Positions 1 to 7,908 of a stretch of DNA of 46,454 nt are shown piece after piece (the stretch's first letter is position 1; each line of letters begins with the position of its first letter). The position numbers and the translations under genes are program-made. The DNA is from Actinomycetota bacterium (lineage in GTDB: Bacteria > Actinomycetota > Actinomycetes > Actinomycetales > Kineosporiaceae), in contig JACRAB010000448.1 in the NCBI GenBank assembly GCA_016213575.1, positions 1 to 46,454 on the forward strand. Direction: 5' to 3'. The notes below the pieces were generated by a model. That model saw only the letters and a program-made list of their open reading frames with translations, was not told the DNA's origin and did not search any database.

Positions 1-1
1 G

Positions 2-556
2 AGCGAGCTGCTCGGCTCGTGGGCCGCCGCCGGTGCCTACGCCGGCTCAGACCCGTTGGCCGGGCTCGCGATCGAGCGGGTCGAAGAGCGACTGCGGCAG
101 CTGCACCCGGAGGCGATGGCAGCCTTCGACGCTACCCGCGCCGCTGGCTTCCCGCGCGAGGACTGTCTCGACGTCGCAGCGTTCCTCTGGCGAGGCGAGT
201 ACGGGCTCGACCCGATCGGCACCCAGGTCGCACGCCACCTCGCGGACTTCGAACGAGGCCGGGCCGCAGCCGAGCGCGGCACGGACGACGTCCTCGCTAC
301 CGCAAGTGTGGACGAAGCGGCAGCGGGACTCGCAGCGTCAGCCGGCTCCGACGGCCGGGCTGCCCGATACGACACGGCTGGCCACCTCCCGACAGGCAAC
401 GACCCGCGCGTCGTCGTCGGCCAAGCGTTTCCTGTGGACATCCACACCGCCATGGCCACCGCGCCACGTGCAGCCAAGGAACGGCTCGCGCTCGTCGCCA
501 GCCCGCAGCACCGCCAGCTCACCGCCACACCGCACATCCCGAGGAGTATCCGATGA
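2..556 (+). CDS. ICE hypothetical protein, 5'-truncated by window edge
   Basis: Frame is open from base 2 (SELLGSWAAAGAYAGSDPLAGLAIERVEERLRQLHPEAMAAFD...); stop overlaps the next start (ATGA 553-556); recalled as resembling proteins upstream of primases in actinobacterial ICEs. Confidence 0.65.
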   Translation, partial: SELLGSWAAAGAYAGSDPLAGLAIERVEERLRQLHPEAMAAFDATRAAGFPREDCLDVAAFLWRGEYGLDPIGTQVARHLADFERGRAAAERGTDDVLATASVDEAAAGLAASAGSDGRAARYDTAGHLPTGNDPRVVVGQAFPVDIHTAMATAPRAAKERLALVASPQHRQLTATPHIPRSIR

Positions 557-723
557 CCGCACCACGCCCGCAGACCTCGCCCACACCCACCGTCGACGTC
601 ATGGCAGTCCTCGCCGGGATGCAGGACCAGCTCGACGACCTCGCCGCCACTGTCGCTGCGCAGCAGACGACCATCGAGCGGCTCTCCGCCGCTCTCTCTC
701 GCGCCCCGCGGAGGGAGGGCTGA
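553..723 (+). CDS. Small coiled-coil hypothetical protein (56 aa)
   Basis: GAGGAG RBS at 541-546; ATGA and TGATG overlaps with both neighbours; heptad-like MQDQLDDLAATVAAQQTTIERLSAAL. Confidence 0.7.
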   Translation: MTAPRPQTSPTPTVDVMAVLAGMQDQLDDLAATVAAQQTTIERLSAALSRAPRREG

Positions 724-3011
724 TGTCCGGCCGCTACCGCCGTCCGACCACACCCGAGGAGAAGGCCCGAGCGGACGAGGCGCGGACGGCGAAGCTCGAG
801 GCCCTCCACACACGCCTCGCCGAGCAGGTCGCCGCACTGCGGACGGGGGAGGACTGGACCCGTTGGCTCGCCACCGCCGCCCGGTTCCACGACTACTCCT
901 TCGGCAACACCATGCTCATCCTCGCCCAGCGACCCGAGGCCACCGCGGTCGCCGGCTACGAGGCGTGGAAGGCCCTCGGCCGGCAGGTCGACAAGGGCGA
1001 GAAGGGCATCGCGATCCTCGCGCCCGTGGTCCGCCGGGCAGCGGTCGACCCGGACGACCACGCGCCACGTCCCGGTCAGCCCGAGCCGGATGCGCCCGGG
1101 CAGAACGCGTCGAGCGCGGCGAGACGTGTGACCGGGTTCCGTGCCGCGTATGTCTGGGACGTCGGCCAGACCAACGGAGCACCGCTGCCGCAGGAGCCGG
1201 CCCCACAGCTGCTCCAGGGACAGGCTCCGGACGGGCTGTGGGAAGCACTGACCGGCGCGGTCACCGCCGCCGGGTACACCGTCGAACGCGGACCATGCGG
1301 CGGAGCGAACGGGGTGACGATTCCCGCGACCCGCACCGTCCGGGTCCGCGACGACGTCGACGACTCCCAGGCCGTCAAGACCCTCGCCCACGAGCTCGGG
1401 CACGTCCTGCTGCACACGGACGCCGAAACGCACGGCGAGCTGCCGGCTGCGCTGCCCTGCCGTGGGGTCGTCGAGGTCGAGGCAGAGTCCGTCGCCTACC
1501 TCGTCAGCGCCGTCCAGGGACTCGACAGCGGCGCCTACACGTTCCCGTACGTCGCGCACTGGGCCGGAGGTGTTGCCGGACGGGTCGCCGAGGACGTCGT
1601 CCGGACGACGGGGGAGCGCGTCTTCAGCGCCGCCCGAAAGATCCTCGCCGCCAAGGCGCGGCCTGAGCCTGAAAGCGCGGAACAGCTCGAAGAGCTGGCC
1701 GAGCGGACGGCGACCGCGCAGACGGCGACCGCCGCACTTCGAGCGCGGGCGCAGGACATGCAGCGACGCGAGAGTGCCATCAACGCCGGCGACCAGCGCC
1801 CTCCTTCCCGGACGGGGGGTAGGGCCACGACAGGTGGGGTCCGTTCCTCTCCGCCGCGCAGGGAGCCGACCAGGTCGTCGGACGAGGTCACACGTGCGGA
1901 ACTGTTGGAGGTGCACCGACTCGCCCAGGCTTTCTACCGCGAGCGCCTCGCCACCGCATGGGTCCCCGAGTACCTCACCGGCCGCTCGCTGTCGGCCGCC
2001 CTCGACGACCCGTGGTCCGCCGGGTACGCGCCGGCCGCCTGGCATGCACTCACCGATCGGCTGCGCGAGAGCGGACTGTACGACGCCGTTCTGCTCGCCT
2101 CCGGGCTCGCCGCCGTCAACCGCAACGGCCGGCTCATCGACCGCTTCCGCGACCGGCTCATGCTCCCGATGCGCGATCCCACCGGTGCCGTCGTAGGGTT
2201 CATCGGCCGCGCCCACCCGGAGGCCGACCCCGAGCGCGTCCCCCGCTACGTCAACAGCCCTCAGACACCGATCTACCGCAAGTCCGAGCTGCTCTACGGG
2301 CTCGCCGAGGCCCGCCCCGCCCTAGCCCGCGGCGCCCGCCCAACCATCGTCGAAGGGCCTCTCGACGCGATCGCCGTCAGCAGCGGAACCGACGGGCGCT
2401 GCGCAGGCCTGGCCGCCTGCGGCACAGCGCTCACCGCGGCCCACGTCGATGCCCTCGCAGCTGCGGTCGATCTGCGCGAGAGCGGTCTCGTGGTTGCGAT
2501 GGACGCCGACGACGCCGGCCTTGCCTCGGCCCGATCTGCACTCGAACTCTTCAGTCCGCGCCGCATCTCGCCGACTGCGGCGCTGCTGCCCGCCGGGAAC
2601 GACCCCGCGTCCGTGCTTCACGACCAGGGCCCGGCCGCGCTCACCGCCTCGCTCCTCGACCGTGCCGAACACCTGGCCGACCGCGTCGTGGACGCCGAGA
2701 TCGCCGCAGCCGCCCCGCGGCTGGACTGGCTGGAGGGCCGACTCCACACGGCAAGGGAGCTCGCGCCCCTGGTCGCCTCCCTGCCCCTGGACGACATCGG
2801 CCGCCAAGCCGCCCGGATCGCCCAGCGCCTCGACCTCAGCATCGGCGTCGTCCAACGCGAGATCGTCCCCTTCATCGGCCTCGAACGCCCGCCTCCAACG
2901 CGCTCCGTGGGCATGACCCGAGGCGCCGCCCGGCGAGGCACGGGTACCGGCCCTGCGCGGGCTCCCGCACCGCCCCGGCCCCATACGTCGAACAGTCGCC
3001 GCGGCCGCTGA
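723..3011 (+). CDS. Polyvalent protein: ArdC-like ssDNA-binding domain + HExxH metallopeptidase + DnaG-type primase/TOPRIM (762 aa)
   Basis: ATG 723 with GGAGGG RBS; FHDYSFGNTMLI..GYEAWKALGRQVDKGEKGI..VWDVGQT (ArdC-N); LAHELGH..EVEAE; DRFRDRLMLP, GFIGR, YVNSPQTPIYRKSELLYGL, IVEGPLD, MDADDAG (DnaG core/TOPRIM); no N-terminal zinc finger. Confidence 0.88.
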   Translation: MSGRYRRPTTPEEKARADEARTAKLEALHTRLAEQVAALRTGEDWTRWLATAARFHDYSFGNTMLILAQRPEATAVAGYEAWKALGRQVDKGEKGIAILAPVVRRAAVDPDDHAPRPGQPEPDAPGQNASSAARRVTGFRAAYVWDVGQTNGAPLPQEPAPQLLQGQAPDGLWEALTGAVTAAGYTVERGPCGGANGVTIPATRTVRVRDDVDDSQAVKTLAHELGHVLLHTDAETHGELPAALPCRGVVEVEAESVAYLVSAVQGLDSGAYTFPYVAHWAGGVAGRVAEDVVRTTGERVFSAARKILAAKARPEPESAEQLEELAERTATAQTATAALRARAQDMQRRESAINAGDQRPPSRTGGRATTGGVRSSPPRREPTRSSDEVTRAELLEVHRLAQAFYRERLATAWVPEYLTGRSLSAALDDPWSAGYAPAAWHALTDRLRESGLYDAVLLASGLAAVNRNGRLIDRFRDRLMLPMRDPTGAVVGFIGRAHPEADPERVPRYVNSPQTPIYRKSELLYGLAEARPALARGARPTIVEGPLDAIAVSSGTDGRCAGLAACGTALTAAHVDALAAAVDLRESGLVVAMDADDAGLASARSALELFSPRRISPTAALLPAGNDPASVLHDQGPAALTASLLDRAEHLADRVVDAEIAAAAPRLDWLEGRLHTARELAPLVASLPLDDIGRQAARIAQRLDLSIGVVQREIVPFIGLERPPPTRSVGMTRGAARRGTGTGPARAPAPPRPHTSNSRRGR

Positions 3012-3025
3012 CTAAGGAGCACCTG

Positions 3026-3895
3026 GTGCGCGCCCCACTGGCACCCCGCCGGACCGAGAACCTCGTCGACCAGGCCATCGACCTGGCCATCATGGTCGGC
3101 CTCGGCATCTTGATCCTCGTCGGCTTCGCGACGAGCTACCGCACCCTGCGCGACCTGGCCGCCACCGAGGGCGGCTACCCCACCTGGCTCGCACCGGCGG
3201 TCCCACTCAGCTTCGACCTCGGGATCGTCGTGCTGAGCCTCAAGGTGGCGCGTGCTGCGCGGGAGGGCCGCACAGCGCCCGTCATGCGCCTTCTGGTCGC
3301 GGCCCTCTCCTCGGCAACTGTCATCGCCAACGCGTCGGCAGCGACGAGCGCCACCGCGCGCCTGCTCCACGCGGTCCCGCCGGCCATGTTCGTCGTGTGC
3401 TTCGAGACTGTGATCATCTCGTCCCGACGGGCGGCCCTCGAGGCGCGAGGCTTGTTGCCGCCGCCGCTACCGCACCTCCGCCCCATTCGCTGGGTGCTCT
3501 CGTTCCCCAGTACGTGGCGGCAGTGGCGCCGTGCAGTCCTCGAACTGGACGCCGGCATCGCCGTGACATCAAAGCTCCCGACGGGCATTGTTGCTGGGCT
3601 CAGGGAGGCCAGGCCTTCAGCAATCGCAGTGGCGGCAAACGCAGAGATGCCGGTAGGCGACCGAACGCCGGAGACGAGTTCCTCGCGGACACGAGACGAA
3701 GCTGCCCGTGAGCTGCTCGAAGAGAACCCGCTTCTCTCTGCAGCGGAGTTGGCAAGGACCTTGGAGTCAGCAGGTTGGCGAGTATCTGCCCGAACGGCCC
3801 AGAGGATCCGCGCTCGCTTGGTTGCCTCCGCCGCGGGGCTGTCGGTACCGCCGCTCGCGACAGCCAGGCGGCGAGCCGGCCCTGGCCGGTCGTGA
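3026..3895 (+). CDS. DUF2637-like membrane protein (Spd-like) with C-terminal HTH-like segment
   Basis: AAGGAG RBS then GTG 3026; about 4 hydrophobic segments, FATSYRTLRDLA..WLAPAVPLSFD..NA..HAVPP; C-terminal AAELARTLESAGWRVSARTAQRIR. Confidence 0.75.
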   Translation: MRAPLAPRRTENLVDQAIDLAIMVGLGILILVGFATSYRTLRDLAATEGGYPTWLAPAVPLSFDLGIVVLSLKVARAAREGRTAPVMRLLVAALSSATVIANASAATSATARLLHAVPPAMFVVCFETVIISSRRAALEARGLLPPPLPHLRPIRWVLSFPSTWRQWRRAVLELDAGIAVTSKLPTGIVAGLREARPSAIAVAANAEMPVGDRTPETSSSRTRDEAARELLEENPLLSAAELARTLESAGWRVSARTAQRIRARLVASAAGLSVPPLATARRRAGPGRS

Positions 3896-4159
3896 CCCGC
3901 CCGACAGGAGCCGACCGGAGAACGGCCCTCAGTTGCGGTGGCTGCCCATGATTCCTCCGTCGCCGTCGATACCGCGAGGCACCGCCGACTGCTCGGCGGC
4001 CCCTCGGACTAACGGGGCGGGGCACCGTGGCCGCCGCGCATCCCCTGGCGACGGCCACCGTGCACCCCGTCCGCCGGCAGATCCGTGACCAGGGTGCGCC
4101 GCCGGTCGGACGCCGATCCACCGCAACGGCGCCGATGTCGCCGGAAGTGGGGACCACCT

Positions 4160-4181
4160 GACGGGGGCGACGACCCCCGTC
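4160..4181. terminator. GC-rich hairpin downstream of the response regulator
   Basis: GACGGGGG-N6-CCCCCGTC, a few bases past the stop at 4188, between convergent genes. Confidence 0.45.
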
Positions 4182-4187
4182 TGGGGG

Positions 4188-4865
4188 TCAGGGCTCGAGT
4201 AGCCCGTCCTGGCGCGCCGCTTCGTAGAGCTGGGTCTTGGTCCGAGCGTCCCGGCCGACGGCGGCCCACTTCCCGCGGGCGCGGTCGACGTACTGCCGCG
4301 CCGTCTCGTAGCCGACGCCCATGTGCCGGGCCACCGACTCCATCGTCAGCCCTTGGGCGTAGAGCGTGACCGCTTCCAGTTCACGCTCGCTGAGTGCTGG
4401 GCGCTGCGGGTCGCTGGCAACGATCTCCGCCAGTTCGGGCGACGTCCAGACGTTGCCGGTCGCGGCCGCCTCGAGGGCCGCCAGCAGCTCGCGGGACGAG
4501 TCTTCCTTGGCGACGAAGCCCGCCACGCCCTCGCGGAGCAGCGCCTGGAGCAGGCGGCCGTCGCGGGTCCCAGAGACGACGAGCACCCGGATCCCGCGCT
4601 GCAGCAGCGACCGGACGCCGTCTAGTTCCACCAGCCGGCCCCCGAGGAGCAGGTCGAGTAGCAGCACCTGGGGGTGCCTCTGCGGCGGGTGCGCCGACAG
4701 CCAGTCGTCGAGTTGCATCAGGTCGTCACACGCGACGACGACCCGATGGCCGCCCCGCTGCGTAACGGTGAAGATCAGGCCGTCCCGGAACAGGGCGTGG
4801 TCATCGACGATCCCTACCCGGAGCCCGTGAGCACCGATCGGGGTCGGACGATCGTGGAGACTCAC
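4188..4865 (-). CDS. NarL/LuxR-family response regulator (start uncertain)
   Basis: REC motifs IVDDHALFRDGL, LLLDLLL (phospho-Asp), VSG, FVAK; LuxR HTH LSERELEAVTLYAQGLTMESVARHMGVGYETARQYVDRAR. Confidence 0.9.
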   Translation of the reverse strand: MSLHDRPTPIGAHGLRVGIVDDHALFRDGLIFTVTQRGGHRVVVACDDLMQLDDWLSAHPPQRHPQVLLLDLLLGGRLVELDGVRSLLQRGIRVLVVSGTRDGRLLQALLREGVAGFVAKEDSSRELLAALEAAATGNVWTSPELAEIVASDPQRPALSERELEAVTLYAQGLTMESVARHMGVGYETARQYVDRARGKWAAVGRDARTKTQLYEAARQDGLLEP

Positions 4866-4917
4866 GGGACCATCCAACAACGTCCGCGACGCCCGCACGA
4901 GAGGGGGACCGAGCACA

Positions 4918-7317
4918 ATGACGACCCCAGCGGCCGCCGCGCTGGGGCGGGTCTCCTGGCCGAGTGAGACCGTGGCGGTCGCACTCCGCCGGATGACCGC
5001 GATCCTCACCGGTGCCTGGCTGCTCGGGTTCGGTGCGACGGTCGTGCTCTCCGACGTCCTGCGCCGGCCGACCTGGGCGGCCGCGACCGGCGCCCTCGGA
5101 CTCGCAGCCTGCGTACTCGTCGGGCTCAACCGCCGGGCCGACGCCCGGCTGCTCGTGGCGGCCGCCGCCGTCTTCGCGGTCACCGTGAACATCACGACCG
5201 ACCACGGCGTCGACGACCTGAGCGGCAACACCCTGCTCATCTACTGGCTGCCCGGCATCGTCTCCGCCGCGGCCGGGTTCCTGCTCCCCACGCGGTCGGC
5301 CGTGCTCGTCGGCCTCGGCTTCGGGGGCCTGTTCGCCGGGCTGCTCGCCGCCCGCATGTGGCCGTACACGGATCCGCGCGCCGCGGTGACCGTCGCGGTC
5401 GCGTCGTTCGGGGTGGCAGCGGCAGACGTTGCCGCGAGCAGCCTGGTGTCCCGGGCGCTGCACGGGCTTGGCCGGTCCGCCGACGCGCAACTGTCGGGCG
5501 CGGAGACCGCTCGGGTCGTCCGTGAGCGGGCCCGCGAGGACCGCAGGGTGGCCGTAGAGCTGGCTGCCCGGCTGCACGACGGGGTGATCAACACGCTGTC
5601 AGCCGTCGGGCTGCGCGGCGACGTCCTCGACGCGGAACCGCTGCGTCGCGCCTGCGCAACGTCCGCCGACGAGGCCGGACATCTGGCTGCCGAAGGGGAC
5701 CCGGCACCGCACGCGCTGAGTCGTGCACTCGTCGAGGACGCCCTGCGCGGGCGCCGGGGGCGGGCGGTGGGTGCCGACCTGCCCGATATCGTCATCCTCG
5801 ACACCTCGGCTGACGAGCTGCTCGGCCTGCTCGACGGCCTGCCTCCGACCGTCGCTGAAGCGATCTGCGGCGCCCTGCTCGAATCGCTGACGAACGTCGC
5901 GCGGCACAGCGGCGTGACCCGGGCCGAGGTGACCGTCCGGCGCGGACCCCTCGTCGAGGTCGTCGTCCGGGACGACGGGGCGGGGTTCGACGGGGGGACG
6001 ACGCCGGGTCGTGGGCTCGCCACATCGGTCGTGGACCGCTGCGCGGCGGTGGATGTCGTCGCCCTGGTGACGTCCGCCGCCGGCCGCGGGACGCAGGTGC
6101 TGCTCCGGTACGACCCGGCGAGCCGCCCGTCCGTGGCCGCCGAGGCATCCGTGGACGCCGAACGGCTGCTCGCCCACGTCGGCGGGCCGTTCGCGCAGCG
6201 GGTCGCGTCCTGCCTCGTCGGGCTGTGCCTGTGCCTCACGCTGGTGTCCACGGTCGAGACTGGCGGGCGCTTGTCCCCTGGCTCATGGTCCGCCCTCGCC
6301 CTGCTCGCAGCGGTCACCGCGTCCGCTGCGGCGATGTCCCGGCGCGGAGCCGGCGTCCCCTGGCTGCGCGTGAGCGGGCTCGTCGCCACAGTGCCGGTCC
6401 TCGTCCTGCTACCGGGCAACGGGCTACCTGGCTGCCTGCGGGTCGGGACGGCGTGGTGGGGCCCGGAAGCTGCGCTCGTCCCGCTCGTGCTGCTGATCTT
6501 TGGGTTCCGCAGTTGGTGGCCGGCAGGCGTGGGCACCGCCGTGTACCTCGGCGCGATCATGTCGCTCGAGGTCACCTTCACACCGGTGGGCTGCGTGAGT
6601 CCCGGCCTGTCCGGCTTCCTCGACCTACCGGTCGTCGTCGCCATCGCCTACTTCCGCAGCTACCTGCAGCGGCTGGCGCTGCGGGCCGCCACCGCACAGG
6701 CCGAAGCAGGCCGCGCCAGGGCCGCGGAGGCAGGCTCCCGGACGGCGCACCAGCTGTGGCGGGGACACGTCTCCCGTGCCCTGCACGGGTCCGCGGATCT
6801 GCTGCACGCGATCGCCGACGGCCGGCTCGACCCTCGCGACGAGGCCGTGCGCACCCGCTGCCTGACCACCGAGTCCTACCTGCGGCAGCTGACGCGGCTC
6901 GACCCCGACCTCGACGCCGTAGGGGCGCAGCTCGCCGACCAGCTCGCGGCGGCGCACGCGGCGGGTGTCCGCCTCGTCGTCCGGATGCCCGTTGGCCCGC
7001 AGACTGAGCCCGACCCCGGGCCACTGGCCGCCGTCCTGCGGGCGGTGCTCTCGGCCTGCGCTGGAGGGGACACCGTCACGGTGGCCAGGATCGGCGTCGG
7101 TACGGCGTCCGAGGTCACGGTCACGGCGCCGGCCAGGGCAGGAGCCGCCGTGCAGGACCTGGCTCGGACGATCGCAGCCACCGGGTGGACGCTGTCGTCC
7201 ATGGACCTCGGCGACCAGTGCCTGGTACGCCTCACCGCGCAGCCCGCGCCCACACCGCGGCACGCTGCCCCGCAACAGACGTCCCGGATGCCTTCGCTGC
7301 CGCGGACGGCGACATGA
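4918..7317 (+). CDS. Membrane sensor histidine kinase (HisKA_3 type) fused to a second TM + degenerate kinase-like module
   Basis: TM bundle, H-box ARLHDGVINTL, N-box ESLTNVARHSG, DDGAGF, GRGL, GRGT; then a second TM bundle and LLHAIADGRLDPRDEAVRTRC..ESYLR without canonical boxes. Confidence 0.85.
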   Translation: MTTPAAAALGRVSWPSETVAVALRRMTAILTGAWLLGFGATVVLSDVLRRPTWAAATGALGLAACVLVGLNRRADARLLVAAAAVFAVTVNITTDHGVDDLSGNTLLIYWLPGIVSAAAGFLLPTRSAVLVGLGFGGLFAGLLAARMWPYTDPRAAVTVAVASFGVAAADVAASSLVSRALHGLGRSADAQLSGAETARVVRERAREDRRVAVELAARLHDGVINTLSAVGLRGDVLDAEPLRRACATSADEAGHLAAEGDPAPHALSRALVEDALRGRRGRAVGADLPDIVILDTSADELLGLLDGLPPTVAEAICGALLESLTNVARHSGVTRAEVTVRRGPLVEVVVRDDGAGFDGGTTPGRGLATSVVDRCAAVDVVALVTSAAGRGTQVLLRYDPASRPSVAAEASVDAERLLAHVGGPFAQRVASCLVGLCLCLTLVSTVETGGRLSPGSWSALALLAAVTASAAAMSRRGAGVPWLRVSGLVATVPVLVLLPGNGLPGCLRVGTAWWGPEAALVPLVLLIFGFRSWWPAGVGTAVYLGAIMSLEVTFTPVGCVSPGLSGFLDLPVVVAIAYFRSYLQRLALRAATAQAEAGRARAAEAGSRTAHQLWRGHVSRALHGSADLLHAIADGRLDPRDEAVRTRCLTTESYLRQLTRLDPDLDAVGAQLADQLAAAHAAGVRLVVRMPVGPQTEPDPGPLAAVLRAVLSACAGGDTVTVARIGVGTASEVTVTAPARAGAAVQDLARTIAATGWTLSSMDLGDQCLVRLTAQPAPTPRHAAPQQTSRMPSLPRTAT

Positions 7318-7380
7318 CGCGGACAACGGGCGCGGAGTGCAGCTCGTGAACACTCTCGCCGACTGGGTGGGGAGTCGCTC

Positions 7381-7409
7381 AACCCGCCGACCGCAAGACC
7401 GTCGGGGTT
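7381..7409. terminator. Imperfect hairpin between convergent genes
   Basis: AACC-cg-CCGAC-N9-GTCGG-GGTT between the kinase stop (7317) and the DUF4913 stop (7450). Confidence 0.3.
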
Positions 7410-7449
7410 CGATTGCAGCCGTCGATCATGTAGTCACTGCTGTTCTCGG

Positions 7450-7908
7450 CTACTGACCGAGGTTCCCGCAGGGTGTGTGACGTTCATGAGTGCACTGCGC
7501 AAAGGGACCGAGCCGGGAGAAGAGAGCGGCGAGTTGGGGGTCCAGGTAGCTCGTCAGCCACGTTGCGATGCCTAGGTTCGGATCGAGTCGCAAGGCCTCC
7601 CACGACCGCCACAGCGCCTCGAACCGCGTAACGGCCTCGGGGTGGGCCTCCCACTGTCCACACCAGCGGATCTCGCCGCCGATACTGCGGGTGAAGATGC
7701 GGCGGAAGTATCCGTCGACCCAGGCCGTGACAGTCCCGTAGACCGGCTCTACCAGTGCGTTCGTGGGACGATGCGACTCGGTGGTGTGCGCCGCATCGGC
7801 GGCCAACTCGTCCAGGTCGGCCAGAGCGCGCGTGAGCTGCGCTTCCAGCTCGTCGATCCGTTGGATGAGAAGCGACAGGTCAATGGGGATCGGTCGGTCG
7901 TCCGTCAA
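7450..7908 (-). CDS. DUF4913 family protein
   Basis: WV..RWCGQWEAHPEAVTRFEALWRSWEALRLDP..TWL..LDPQL..GPFAQC signature; start overlaps the virD4-like stop. Confidence 0.85.
   Translation of the reverse strand: MTDDRPIPIDLSLLIQRIDELEAQLTRALADLDELAADAAHTTESHRPTNALVEPVYGTVTAWVDGYFRRIFTRSIGGEIRWCGQWEAHPEAVTRFEALWRSWEALRLDPNLGIATWLTSYLDPQLAALFSRLGPFAQCTHERHTPCGNLGQ

Noticed and set aside
33-722. N-terminal extension of the 992-aa ORF
   Set aside because: Low-complexity R/S/P sequence overlapping two better ORFs; ATG 723 has an RBS and overlaps the upstream stop.
1958-3025. N-terminal extension of the 645-aa ORF
   Set aside because: Arg/Pro-rich off-frame reading of the primase; the real start is GTG 3026 after AAGGAG.
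7405-7413. GGGTTCGAT, resembling a tRNA T-loop or att remnant
   Set aside because: Only 9 nt, no T-stem pairing, and inverted relative to the tRNA-Lys, so not the second att.
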